A stretch of 64,000 nt of DNA, from assembly GCA_902630885.1 (NCBI GenBank), contig CACOWI010000005.1, forward strand, positions 33,602 to 97,601, given 5' to 3'. Numbering within the stretch: position 1 is the stretch's first letter; each line of letters starts with the position of its first letter. The notes under the pieces were generated by a model that ran no database searches, was not told where the DNA came from, and worked only from the letters and a program-made list of their open reading frames with translations. This DNA comes from an uncultured SAR86 cluster bacterium. Its GTDB lineage: Bacteria; Pseudomonadota; Gammaproteobacteria; Magnimaribacterales; D2472. A program made the translations under genes and the position numbers. Positions 1 through 10,004 of the stretch are shown piece by piece.

Positions 1-645
<645 letters not shown>

Positions 646-649
646 TAAA

Positions 650-1900
650 TCAAGTCTTTAAAATTCTTATATTTGACAGTGACTGGAAGAAAAGAATTCC
701 AGTTACTGTTATTACATTACAGCAGTGCTGAGCTAAAAGTAATTTAGATGACATTAAACTCATATTAATTGGATTGTAAGAGAAAACAACAAGAATGCTT
801 AGTAGTGAGAAAAATAAAATAAGCAGATATGAAATTCTCTTTCCATGCATTAAGTATCCAGTTAAAGAAGCCAATGAAACCAGAGATATACCAAATAGAC
901 ATATTTCAAAGTATGAAAGTAAAGGCGCATTTATAAGAACGAAATTAAATACTGTTGTTGTAAATAATATTTGTGTGACACTAAAAACTTTAATGTCGAT
1001 ACTAATAGTAGGATTAAATTTTTTGTAAAAGTCTTTTGGATCCTTGTTCTCTATACAATCTTCCGGCCTCCAATATGTCTCAGCAAACCATACTTTAAAT
1101 TTATCTTTCCACAGTTTTGTTTTAATAGTATCTTTAACCATTATTGAAAAAACCTGAAAATTAGCCCAGATAGGATTCCAACTATTTAAAGGTGTAGCTG
1201 TTCCGTATACAGGCTTGAGATCTTCTCTTTGGGGTGTGTATGTTCCAAACATCCTATCCCAAATTATGAAAACACCACCATAATTCGCATCAATGTACTC
1301 CTTATTTTTAGCATGGTGAATTCTATGATTCATTGGAGTAATAAATATTTTTTCAAGAAAACCTAGGTGTCCTATGTGTTCGGTATGAACCCAGAATTGA
1401 TACACTAAGTTAATACCAGCAACAGTAACAAATACTTCTCCAGGGATACCAATTAACATCATTGGAGTATAAAAGATCCACTTCCAAAGCCATCCTGTAC
1501 TTGTTTGTCTTAAAGCAGTAGCCAAATTATAGTCTTCGCCATGGTGATGAACACTATGTGTTGCCCATAAAATTTTAATTTCGTGATGCATTCTGTGCAT
1601 CCAATAATATGACAAATCATATAAAAGAAATGCCGCTATCCATGTAAAAGGATTTTTAACTGATAAAAGCCCAAGACTAAGATACTTACTTATATAAATA
1701 AATATCGCACTTTGAACTCCAAAATTTAGCAATACAGGAAATCTACTTATCATTCCTAAAGATATACTCGTCAATGTATCGTTAAGGCGGTAAGTATTTT
1801 TACCAATAAATAAACCATAAAAATATTCAATTATTATTAATACAAAAAAAGCAGGAACGGCCAATGTAATAATTATTGATTTATCGGTTAATACTTCCAT
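650..1900 (-). CDS. Fatty-acid hydroxylase / sterol desaturase-family membrane di-iron enzyme with an extra C-terminal multi-TM region
   Basis: 416-aa ORF with histidine boxes HRMHHE, HSVHHH and HRIHHA, typical of the FA-hydroxylase superfamily. It has hydrophobic N-terminal helices and a ~130-aa hydrophobic C-terminal tail. Confidence 0.7.
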   Translation of the reverse strand: MEVLTDKSIIITLAVPAFFVLIIIEYFYGLFIGKNTYRLNDTLTSISLGMISRFPVLLNFGVQSAIFIYISKYLSLGLLSVKNPFTWIAAFLLYDLSYYWMHRMHHEIKILWATHSVHHHGEDYNLATALRQTSTGWLWKWIFYTPMMLIGIPGEVFVTVAGINLVYQFWVHTEHIGHLGFLEKIFITPMNHRIHHAKNKEYIDANYGGVFIIWDRMFGTYTPQREDLKPVYGTATPLNSWNPIWANFQVFSIMVKDTIKTKLWKDKFKVWFAETYWRPEDCIENKDPKDFYKKFNPTISIDIKVFSVTQILFTTTVFNFVLINAPLLSYFEICLFGISLVSLASLTGYLMHGKRISYLLILFFSLLSILVVFSYNPINMSLMSSKLLLAQHCCNVITVTGILFFQSLSNIRILKT

Positions 1901-1917
1901 TTTTTAATAAAATTCTT

Positions 1918-2730
1918 TTAATTTGATTGAATGAACCTTAATGCACCAAGTACATTACCATATTCTCTATTATCTTTAAATACACCTGTTATATTAGCAA
2001 GTTTTAATCTATCTTCAATACCAAGTTTTATTACTTTATTTAAGGATGTTCTTCCCAAGAAGAATACCTTATCCTCATTACATAAAAGGGCATTAAGATA
2101 AGATATTGTGCCTATGACTTCCCCGATCATATTTGATAAAGATGAAGCAGTGCTTTCAATGGAAAAATTTTTATTGTGTTTCGCTTTGCCAAAATTTGAT
2201 GCAGTGATTTCAGGATTTAAAGCACCAATTTCATTTACAACATCTCCAATTAAAAAATCTAACTCTTTTCTATTTCCCTTTTTTGCTAACTCCTCTATTT
2301 CTTTTGCATTTTCAATATTCATTAAGGATTTTGATAAGCCTTGCAATGTTCCTCCTCCAACAGAAATTCCTCCCAAATGATTAAATTTCCCATTATGATG
2401 ATGAATACAAGCAGTACCAGTTCCTGCACTCACTGCAACAAAAGACTCATCGGAAATATCATATAAGGCTATTGCGCCATGGCCTATTGCATCTACCTCA
2501 TTAACTTTAATTACAGGAATGCCATTATAATAATCACTTAAATCGCTAGATTTTCCTCCAGTAACTGCAATTTTGTCTGTATTAGCAATTTCTAATTTAA
2601 TTTCATTAAAGATGTGATCGATAAACTTTGTTGTAATAGATTTTGAAGGAAATGAATAGAATTTTTTATCATGATCTCTACTAACTACAACATCTGTATT
2701 TGTAATTCCAAAATCAATAGCAACTAACAT
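1918..2730 (-). CDS. ASKHA-fold kinase resembling type II (Staphylococcus/eukaryote 'fumble'-type) pantothenate kinase
   Basis: The track ORF runs to 2838 but would overlap the upstream gene. The ATG at 2730 gives MLVAIDFG..., the phosphate-1 motif of ASKHA kinases. Motif series AGTGTACIHH..GGISVGGGTLQGL, GNRKELDFLIGDV, ITASNFG and GEVIG parallels S. aureus CoaA(II): VGTGTSLHY..GGIGTGGGMIQGL, GDRNTIDLKVRHI, LTAANFG, GEVV. Confidence 0.65.
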   Translation of the reverse strand: MLVAIDFGITNTDVVVSRDHDKKFYSFPSKSITTKFIDHIFNEIKLEIANTDKIAVTGGKSSDLSDYYNGIPVIKVNEVDAIGHGAIALYDISDESFVAVSAGTGTACIHHHNGKFNHLGGISVGGGTLQGLSKSLMNIENAKEIEELAKKGNRKELDFLIGDVVNEIGALNPEITASNFGKAKHNKNFSIESTASSLSNMIGEVIGTISYLNALLCNEDKVFFLGRTSLNKVIKLGIEDRLKLANITGVFKDNREYGNVLGALRFIQSN

Positions 2731-2740
2731 TTTAAGGCAT

Positions 2741-4939
2741 TTACTCAAGAAGAGATGTTGGCCATGCCATTGGAAATTGTTGCTGAGGATTGAAAACATT
2801 ATCACCAACTGCTGGAAATGCTTTAGACGCAGCTTCAATTTCTTTTTGACTAATATATTCGCTTGGAGTCAATCTAAATACATCAAGGCCTCTTGTAATT
2901 TCAGTACCGTAAATAAAACCATCGTAATAATAAGTCGACCAATAACCACCAGTTATCAAAATATCTTCAAGAATTGGGCCTCTATCAAAATATGCAATTT
3001 CTTTAGGATTAGACGAGTCTGTGAAATCCATAATGGATATGCCTCCCTGATACCATGCTTGAACGAATATATCTCTATTAGGAATAGGAATAATAGAGCC
3101 ATTATGTGCAACACAATTTTCAGTTTCTAATTGTGGAGCGGGCATTTTATAGTGACTTTTAAAGACTAATTTTTTATCAACAATATCATAGATAGCATCT
3201 GCCCCCCAGTCTAATGGATCCCATGCACGACAACGAGCTCGACCACCGCCACCCCATTCATCAGTAAAAATTACTTTTGTACCATCATTATTAAAAGTTG
3301 CAGAATGCCAATAGGCAAAACCTATATCTGTGACAACATCCAGTCTCTCGGGATTATAAGGATCAGTTATATCAAACAAGATTCCATTTCCAGAACACGC
3401 ACCTGCTGCAATATTTGCAGACGGAAAAACAGTAATATCATGACATTGGTTAGTTGAGTTAGTGTCTTGTGTATCATCACCATGATCACCGCCACGCCAC
3501 AAACCTGCAACATTGCCAGTTTCTATGTCCATAAAGACTCTTGGACTTTTAACAATTTTAGATTTTGAAGGATTTTTAATTGGTATTTCAATTATATCGA
3601 TTGAGAAATAGGAGGAGCCTCCACCATCCCAACCAAAACATTCAGCTTTTTCCTCAGTATCTCTAACTCTTCCAGTACCAGAGTTATAAACTATAATTTT
3701 TTTTCTATCACTTGAAACAACAGAGTGAGTATGTGAGCCCCTGCATGTTTGCACAGCTCCAACTTGTTTTGGTTTATATAAATCAGAAATATCAAAAATT
3801 CTTATACCTCTAAATCTTTCAGGACTTGAATCACTATTTACTCCCTCAAGACCGCAATCGATTCTACTTCTATTTTCTTCAACAGACATAATTAAAAGAT
3901 TTCCAACTATTGAAACATCTCCTTGACCACCAGGACACACAACTGAAGAGATAAGACTAGGAATACCATCATCACTAAGTGAATAAATGTTAAACCCATG
4001 ATAGCTACCTGCAACAAGAACATTATCTTTGAATGCCATATCAGTGTTTGCAAAAGATAACATTGGTGATCGAAGTGATCGAGAAATCTCTGCAGTTGTT
4101 TTATCTTCATTATCCTCTGTTAAATCCTCTGAGCCTTTTGCAGCTGGATTTTCAGGATCAAAAAAACCAGTTGGTTTTTTGAGCGAAGTAATTAATTCCA
4201 TATTCAATATAGCTTCTTCAGCAATGAATAATCCTCCAGCCAAACCTGCTCTAGGATCATCAGACAAACCGGTTAGCAGAGTATTCATTCTCTCAATCTC
4301 AACGCCTTGATCATTTATTAAATCTGAAACAAACTCATTTAATATTGGATCATAAGTATTGCCAGGATATTTTTTTAATTCTTCAACCATTTCTAAAGCG
4401 CCATCATGATGATTAATCATTAATTTTAGAAATAGCCTATCAAAATTAGTACTATCAGAATTGCTCAAGTCTTTGAGTTGTTTTGGAGTTGCCATACCAA
4501 CCATATTTAAATGATTATCCATGCTATGACCTTGATGGCTATGATGTTCTTTAGGCTGTATATCAATAAATTCATCCCTATCTTTCAACCATGATTCCAT
4601 AAAGTTAATTTCATCTTTTTGAGAGGCATCAATTCTTTTTGCAAGATCTAAAATTTTCTTATTATTTGTTCTTTCATCTGCCATTTCTGACATAACAATT
4701 GCTTGCTCATGATGAACAATCATGCCTTGAAGAAAATCGACATCTGCTTTTATATAAGATGTGTTAGCAATATCCGTTGCTTCTTGAGCATTAATTACTT
4801 TTGATGGATTACCAGGTGCACCTGGTTGAATTATTTGTGGATTTTCAATTAACTCAGAACTAATAATTTGTTGCGTAGATATTGTAAAAAATAACACTAC
4901 AAGATTTTTTATGAATATTTTATTTTTGTTCATCGTCAT
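2741..4939 (-). CDS. Secreted fusion protein: N-terminal DUF305 (ferritin-like, His-rich) domain plus C-terminal LVIVD-type beta-propeller
   Basis: 732 aa with a signal-peptide-like N-terminus (KNLVVLFFTISTQQIISS). It has two DUF305-type half-repeats (FLQGMIVHHEQAIVMSEMA...QKDEINFMESWL and FLKLMINHHDGALEMV...QGVEIERMNTLL). About 480 aa of beta-strand repeats follow (NVLVAGSYHGFNIYSL, GNLLIMSVE, IRIFDISD, GILFDITDP, GISIMDFTD, GLDVFRL), as in LVIVD-repeat proteins. Confidence 0.65.
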   Translation of the reverse strand: MTMNKNKIFIKNLVVLFFTISTQQIISSELIENPQIIQPGAPGNPSKVINAQEATDIANTSYIKADVDFLQGMIVHHEQAIVMSEMADERTNNKKILDLAKRIDASQKDEINFMESWLKDRDEFIDIQPKEHHSHQGHSMDNHLNMVGMATPKQLKDLSNSDSTNFDRLFLKLMINHHDGALEMVEELKKYPGNTYDPILNEFVSDLINDQGVEIERMNTLLTGLSDDPRAGLAGGLFIAEEAILNMELITSLKKPTGFFDPENPAAKGSEDLTEDNEDKTTAEISRSLRSPMLSFANTDMAFKDNVLVAGSYHGFNIYSLSDDGIPSLISSVVCPGGQGDVSIVGNLLIMSVEENRSRIDCGLEGVNSDSSPERFRGIRIFDISDLYKPKQVGAVQTCRGSHTHSVVSSDRKKIIVYNSGTGRVRDTEEKAECFGWDGGGSSYFSIDIIEIPIKNPSKSKIVKSPRVFMDIETGNVAGLWRGGDHGDDTQDTNSTNQCHDITVFPSANIAAGACSGNGILFDITDPYNPERLDVVTDIGFAYWHSATFNNDGTKVIFTDEWGGGGRARCRAWDPLDWGADAIYDIVDKKLVFKSHYKMPAPQLETENCVAHNGSIIPIPNRDIFVQAWYQGGISIMDFTDSSNPKEIAYFDRGPILEDILITGGYWSTYYYDGFIYGTEITRGLDVFRLTPSEYISQKEIEAASKAFPAVGDNVFNPQQQFPMAWPTSLLE

Positions 4940-5141
4940 TTACCTCTATCGATTCACCTTCGATAATATTTGATTCTGGTTTGTTCCTTCCAAATCTCAA
5001 CCATAGCCACGACCAATTCATTCTATTTTTATTCTTAAAAGACTCAATTTGATTTTTAGATGCCCTTATTTTCAATAAGTAAAAGAAGATCGCAAAGGAA
5101 ATTAACCCAAGTACAAGAATTAGAGGATTAGAAGATAGCAC
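4920..5141 (-). CDS. Small hypothetical membrane protein (73 aa, one TM helix)
   Basis: GTG start at 5141 shares one base with the TAG stop of the upstream BI-1-like gene (TAGTG), and its 3' end overlaps the next gene by 20 nt. Hydrophobic segment PLILVLGLISFAIFFYLL. No recognisable family. Confidence 0.35.
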   Translation of the reverse strand: MLSSNPLILVLGLISFAIFFYLLKIRASKNQIESFKNKNRMNWSWLWLRFGRNKPESNIIEGESIEVNDDEQK

Positions 5142-5932
5142 TATCTAGATCTAAACTTAGCTAATAGCCTTAGGATTTCAATATAAAGCCAAATAAGTGT
5201 TGTTACCAATGCCATTGCTCCAAAATATTCCATATATTTTGGAGAACCATATTCAGCAGATTGCTCAATAATATCAAAATCAAGCACCAGACTTAATGCA
5301 GCTATGCCAACTATAAATAAAGATAATCCAATCGATGCATTACTACTTCCAGAAAATATTTCTGGAGACACGCCGGTCACTAGAGAATATATTAACGAAC
5401 CTATATAAAATAAAAATATGCCAAAAATAGCAGAGCAAAGCATCAAAACAAAATTTTGACTTGGTTTAACGATACCGGATTTGTATAAAAATAATAATGT
5501 TGCAGCAACACAAAATGTTAACGAAACAGCCTCTAAAACTATACCAGGGAACATCGTTTCAAATGATAACGATATTAAACCTATGAAAAAGCCTTCTCCT
5601 GCCGCAAATACTAACCAGGTTTTTGGAGCTAAGTGGGGTCTCGGATTAATTATGAAGCCAATAAAAGGCATCCAAAAACCAAAAGTGACCACACTCGAAA
5701 TTGCTGCAGCAAAAATACCAATATATGAAATCATCATCATGAAAGGACTTGGAAAGTTCCATGAAATAGCTGCTGTTGTTACAAGAATTGCTAGCATTAT
5801 TGCTGTTTTATTTACAGCCCCATCCAAAGTCATTCTCTCAGAGTCTGAAGATACTCTCGTATCGAAGGCAGAGGATCTGATGACAGGATTTCCTGATCTA
5901 CCAAAAGTGTCAAGTGCAGCGTGTTTAGACAT
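5141..5932 (-). CDS. Bax-inhibitor-1/YccA-like multi-pass membrane protein
   Basis: 263 aa. The N-terminal SGNP motif region is followed by about 7 hydrophobic helices and a C-terminal LIWLYIEILRLLAKF, resembling the BI-1-like family. Confidence 0.55.
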   Translation of the reverse strand: MSKHAALDTFGRSGNPVIRSSAFDTRVSSDSERMTLDGAVNKTAIMLAILVTTAAISWNFPSPFMMMISYIGIFAAAISSVVTFGFWMPFIGFIINPRPHLAPKTWLVFAAGEGFFIGLISLSFETMFPGIVLEAVSLTFCVAATLLFLYKSGIVKPSQNFVLMLCSAIFGIFLFYIGSLIYSLVTGVSPEIFSGSSNASIGLSLFIVGIAALSLVLDFDIIEQSAEYGSPKYMEYFGAMALVTTLIWLYIEILRLLAKFRSR

Positions 5933-5991
5933 AAGTAATCTCCAATTTAGTATTATTCTTATTAACTATGGTCAGAAAAACAAATTTAAAG

Positions 5992-7098
5992 TTATAAGCT
6001 TGTAGGTATTTGACCAAATTTCTCAAGTGGTTTATTCATTTCAGCCCAGTCACATTCAAAGTCATCTGGAGCATGCTCATATTCTAATAATCCAAGGGCA
6101 TCAAACTTTGGTCGAATTTCATCTGTTAATAAGCCAATTCTTTTAAGATTTGGAATGACCCTAGAAAATAGAAAGTTTCTAAACATATCAAAAGTTTTTG
6201 TATTCATTTGAAACTCTCTAGCTTCGTCAGCTGTCATGTTAAGGAATCTCTGCTCTGCCTTTGTATTAATGAGTCTTTCTCTTGAAATCACACAAGCTTC
6301 ATAAGCAAATTGAGCTCTTTCTTCTATTTCCTCAGGTGATAAAGTTTTGATAAATTCCTCAAGATAGTTTATGCCAAAAGTTACGTGTCTAGCTTCATCA
6401 CGAACAACATAATGAAGTAACTGTTTTAATAATGGATCTTTAGTAATTGATTTAAGCATTTGAAAAGCTGCAAGTGCAAGACCTTCAATAATGATCTGCA
6501 TTCCAATAAATTTTAGATCCCATCTTTCATCAGTTAGTATTTTATCAAGTAATAATTTAAGTGAGGGATTGACAGGATAATGAATACCTATTTTTTCTTG
6601 AAGATATCTATTAAAAACCTCAACATGTCTTGCTTCATCAAATGTTTGTGATGCAGCGTAAAGCTTTGCATTGTATGTGGGTGCACAAGATGCTAGTTGA
6701 GAAGCAACAAGAAGCGCTCCTTGCTCTCCATGAAGAAATTGACTCATTAATTCAGCAGTTGAATGTCGATCAAATAATATTTTTTCTTCTTCTGAGAGGT
6801 TTTCATATGCCTCCAATGTTTCATGAGGTAATTGTTCGTCAGCTTCAACAAGCTTCTCATTTGCTGGATGTGTATAGTCCCAATTTAAATCAATTGAGCC
6901 GTTCCAATTTAACTCTTTACCAAGCTCATATAATTTTTTAATTCTATTATCAGATATCGTATAGTCCCAATTATATGAACCTGTTAGGGGCGTATTAAAG
7001 ATTTCAACTACATCTTCAACTTGACTTTGAGAAAGATCCAAGTCTTCATCAAAATAAAGTAAATCTTCTGGAGGTCCATTTTGTTTACGAATTTTCAT
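5992..7098 (-). CDS. Ferritin-like di-iron carboxylate protein (AurF-like oxygenase/oxidase family, function unknown)
   Basis: 368 aa. Duplicated E...DEARH ligand pattern: HGEQGAL ... FDEARHVEVF and IIEGLALAAF ... RDEARHVTFG, i.e. 2 x (E + ExxH). Confidence 0.6.
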   Translation of the reverse strand: MKIRKQNGPPEDLLYFDEDLDLSQSQVEDVVEIFNTPLTGSYNWDYTISDNRIKKLYELGKELNWNGSIDLNWDYTHPANEKLVEADEQLPHETLEAYENLSEEEKILFDRHSTAELMSQFLHGEQGALLVASQLASCAPTYNAKLYAASQTFDEARHVEVFNRYLQEKIGIHYPVNPSLKLLLDKILTDERWDLKFIGMQIIIEGLALAAFQMLKSITKDPLLKQLLHYVVRDEARHVTFGINYLEEFIKTLSPEEIEERAQFAYEACVISRERLINTKAEQRFLNMTADEAREFQMNTKTFDMFRNFLFSRVIPNLKRIGLLTDEIRPKFDALGLLEYEHAPDDFECDWAEMNKPLEKFGQIPTSL

Positions 7099-7156
7099 AA
7101 TATTAATTACCTATATAAATTAAATTCCCCTGTATGCCTATATTTTAAAGCAATCT

Positions 7157-8917
7157 TTAGTCCTTGAAAAGCTTTGTAAGCTCATCTAAAAGCACTTCTC
7201 CAAGCTCTTCTGCTCTATTTATTGTTAAGGCATTTTTATAATATTTTGTTACATCATGACCAATGCCTATTGCTTGAAGCTCAACAGGACTTTCTTTTTC
7301 AATTTTTGCAATAATTTCTCGAAGATGGTTATCTAAAAAGTCCTCACGATTGGCAGATAAGGTACTGTCATCAACTGGCGCTCCATCGGAAATAACAATT
7401 AATATTTTTCTTTCTTCATGACGTTTAAGAAGCCTTTCATGTGACCATGAGAGGGCTTCCCCGTCAACATTTTCTTTTAACAAGCCTTCTCTTAACATTG
7501 CTCCAAAATATTTTCTTGACCTTCTCCAACTATTATCAGCACTTTTATAAACAATATGCCTAATATCATTTAATCTTCCAGGATTGGATCGACTTCCATT
7601 AATAATCCATAATTTTTTAGAGTCGCCTCCTTTCCAATGTTTAGTTGTAAAACCTAATATTTCAGTCTTGACCTGACATCTTTCCAAAGTACTTCCAATA
7701 ATATCGGCACATATCGCTGCAAGGCTTATTGATCTTCCTCGCATTGATCCAGAATTATCAATTAATAAAGTAACAATAGTGTCCTTAAAATCATTTTCTG
7801 TTTCTTGTTTAAAACTCAGAGGATAGCCTGGACTTGCTATAATTCTGTGTAATCTAGAATTATCAAGAATCCCTTCTTCAAGATTAAAATTCCAACTAGT
7901 ATTTTGTTTTGCTAGAAGAAGTCTTTGCAATCTGTTAGCTAATTTTCCAATAGTTGATATATGAGGCTTAATAAGATTATCTAATTGATTTCTCAAACGC
8001 ATTGACTCTTCATTTGTTACAAGATCTTTTGCATCAATAATCTCATCAAAATTTGATGTGTAAATTGAGTAGTCTTTTCTGAAAGTAGATTGAAAATCAT
8101 TATTTGGATACGTTAGAGATTCAATCTCTTCATCAATTGAAGTGTCATCAATGCTTTCTGTTGCATCTTGAATATCAACATTAAAGTCTTGATCAAGATC
8201 TTTTAAATCAATTTTTTCTTCACTTACTGAATCCTCAACTGTTTCCTCAATGTTTTCAATATCGTTAGTTGATCCTGGCGCCTCTTCATATTCGTTATCC
8301 TCATCTTCAGGATCTTTCTCAACTAGATCTAACTTTTGCAAAAATTTAATTGCATTTTGTTGAAACTTTTCTTGATCATCTAGATATTTAAGAAGATTTT
8401 CTCTGATCTTATTTGAAGAAGCATCAATTTTGTATTTTTTTATAAATTTAGAAACAATATTTTTAGAATTTTCACTTAAATTAAAATTCATGTCTTCTTT
8501 GAGCCATAAGTTTGCTCCATAAGATAAAAAATTTAATGATTTTTCGTCTTCAAGTTCGTTACTTCTTGAATTTGTATACTCTGATATATTTCTTTCTGAG
8601 CCAAGATATTTTGAACATCCCAACAACTCAACTCTAGCAATTTCCAATTCATTAAAAATCATTCTTGCTGGAAGAGTTAGCTTAAGGTCGCTACTTTTTT
8701 TATGAAATAAATGCCAAAACGCTTGAAAATCTGACTCTCCACGCCATTTATTTATATCTTTAATAGATCTTGGGACATTAGGTAGAGAAACATGATTGTT
8801 TGATGGGGGTCTCTGAGATAATCCAGTGTTGGATGAAATCTTCTTATTTTTTGAAATTGCTCTTATAGTTGAAACAGCTGCTTCATGCAGTCTTTCTCTT
8901 TTTTTAGTCCAACTCAT
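7157..8917 (-). CDS. cobT: CobT-like protein (acidic linker plus C-terminal von Willebrand A domain)
   Basis: 586 aa with a highly acidic central region. The C-terminal vWA domain has the MIDAS motif [11 protein letters not shown]. The start ATG overlaps the cobS stop (TAATG). Confidence 0.8.
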   Translation of the reverse strand: MSWTKKRERLHEAAVSTIRAISKNKKISSNTGLSQRPPSNNHVSLPNVPRSIKDINKWRGESDFQAFWHLFHKKSSDLKLTLPARMIFNELEIARVELLGCSKYLGSERNISEYTNSRSNELEDEKSLNFLSYGANLWLKEDMNFNLSENSKNIVSKFIKKYKIDASSNKIRENLLKYLDDQEKFQQNAIKFLQKLDLVEKDPEDEDNEYEEAPGSTNDIENIEETVEDSVSEEKIDLKDLDQDFNVDIQDATESIDDTSIDEEIESLTYPNNDFQSTFRKDYSIYTSNFDEIIDAKDLVTNEESMRLRNQLDNLIKPHISTIGKLANRLQRLLLAKQNTSWNFNLEEGILDNSRLHRIIASPGYPLSFKQETENDFKDTIVTLLIDNSGSMRGRSISLAAICADIIGSTLERCQVKTEILGFTTKHWKGGDSKKLWIINGSRSNPGRLNDIRHIVYKSADNSWRRSRKYFGAMLREGLLKENVDGEALSWSHERLLKRHEERKILIVISDGAPVDDSTLSANREDFLDNHLREIIAKIEKESPVELQAIGIGHDVTKYYKNALTINRAEELGEVLLDELTKLFKD

Positions 8918-9903
8918 TAAGAAGACGAGCCTGATTCTCCACTATCAATTTCTAAATCAAAACATCTCTGAAAGTATTCAGAAATTATAGACTTTTCAAT
9001 ATCATCACATTTATTCAAAAAAGTTAGATTAAAAGATGAAACAAGATCTTTAAAAATTTTAAAATTTTGTCCCCATGATATAACCGTTCTCGGTGACATT
9101 AATGTTGAAATATCTCCATTAGCGAAACCAACTCTTGTTAGATTTGCAAGTTTTATCATGTTTTTAATAATTTCTTTATTTTTGTCTCCTTTCAGATTAT
9201 TAAGTTTCGACATAACCACCTTTAACTCTTGAGAGGGATCTAAATAATTTAATGTTGAAAGGATATGCCATCGATCCATTTGGCCTTGATTTATTTGTTG
9301 CGTCCCATGATAAAGTCCTGTCATATCTCCTAGGCCTACAGTATTAGTTGTAGCAAAAAGTCTAAAAGATGGATGCGGATTTATAATTTTATTTTGATCA
9401 AGAAGTGTAAGTTTGCCCTCAACTTCAAGTATCCTTTGTATCACAAACATAACATCTGGACGGCCCGCATCATATTCATCAAAAACTAGAGCCACCGGAT
9501 TTTGTATTGACCAAGGTAGCAGACCTTCTTGAAACTCAGTAATTTGCTTACCATCATTCAGCTTAATTGCATCTTTACCAAGTAAATCTATTCTGCTGAT
9601 ATGGCTATCAAGATTTATTCTGACACATGGCCAATTTAATCTTGCAGCAATTTGCTCGATGTGAGTAGATTTACCTGTCCCATGAAAGCCTTGAATCATA
9701 ACTCTTCTGTTATGTTCAAATCCAGCTAAAATTGAAAGAGTTGTTTCTTTATCAAAAACATATGAGCTATCTATGTCAGGTACCCATGATGTTTTATTCT
9801 TAAAGCCTTTGACTGAAAGCTTTGAATCAATATTGAAAACATCAGCAACATTGATTTTGTCATCAGGTTTTTTTGGCAATTCTATTTCTTTATTAATAGT
9901 CAT
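8917..9903 (-). CDS. cobS: CobS-like AAA+ (MoxR-class) ATPase
   Basis: 328 aa. Walker [41 protein letters not shown], Walker [23 protein letters not shown], and [17 protein letters not shown] are near-identical in pattern to aerobic cobaltochelatase CobS. Confidence 0.9.
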   Translation of the reverse strand: MTINKEIELPKKPDDKINVADVFNIDSKLSVKGFKNKTSWVPDIDSSYVFDKETTLSILAGFEHNRRVMIQGFHGTGKSTHIEQIAARLNWPCVRINLDSHISRIDLLGKDAIKLNDGKQITEFQEGLLPWSIQNPVALVFDEYDAGRPDVMFVIQRILEVEGKLTLLDQNKIINPHPSFRLFATTNTVGLGDMTGLYHGTQQINQGQMDRWHILSTLNYLDPSQELKVVMSKLNNLKGDKNKEIIKNMIKLANLTRVGFANGDISTLMSPRTVISWGQNFKIFKDLVSSFNLTFLNKCDDIEKSIISEYFQRCFDLEIDSGESGSSS

Positions 9904-10004
9904 TTTTAACTTAAACGCTTAACGGACTGCATATCCTACCTTTTGAAAGATTAAAGTTCTAGTTTTTTTGCAAACAATGTAAGATACCATTTTAACTCTA
10001 TGAA

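Noticed and set aside
5481-6005. 174-aa plus-strand ORF from the track
   Set aside because: It lies entirely antisense to the BI-1-like membrane protein gene. It is a low-complexity translation mirroring hydrophobic codons, has no recognisable motifs, and is best explained as a shadow ORF.
7157-9903. AAA+ MoxR-class ATPase plus vWA pair considered as a conflict/defence-type vWA-MoxR system
   Set aside because: Both proteins match the specific CobS and CobT sequence patterns along their length (for example [36 protein letters not shown]). No effector-like partner gene is present. They are treated as orphan CobS/CobT instead.
9904-10004. Possible cobalamin riboswitch upstream of cobS
   Set aside because: Only about 100 bp of AT-rich spacer is shared with the divergent SDR gene. 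That is too short and lacks any GC-rich B12-box-like core.
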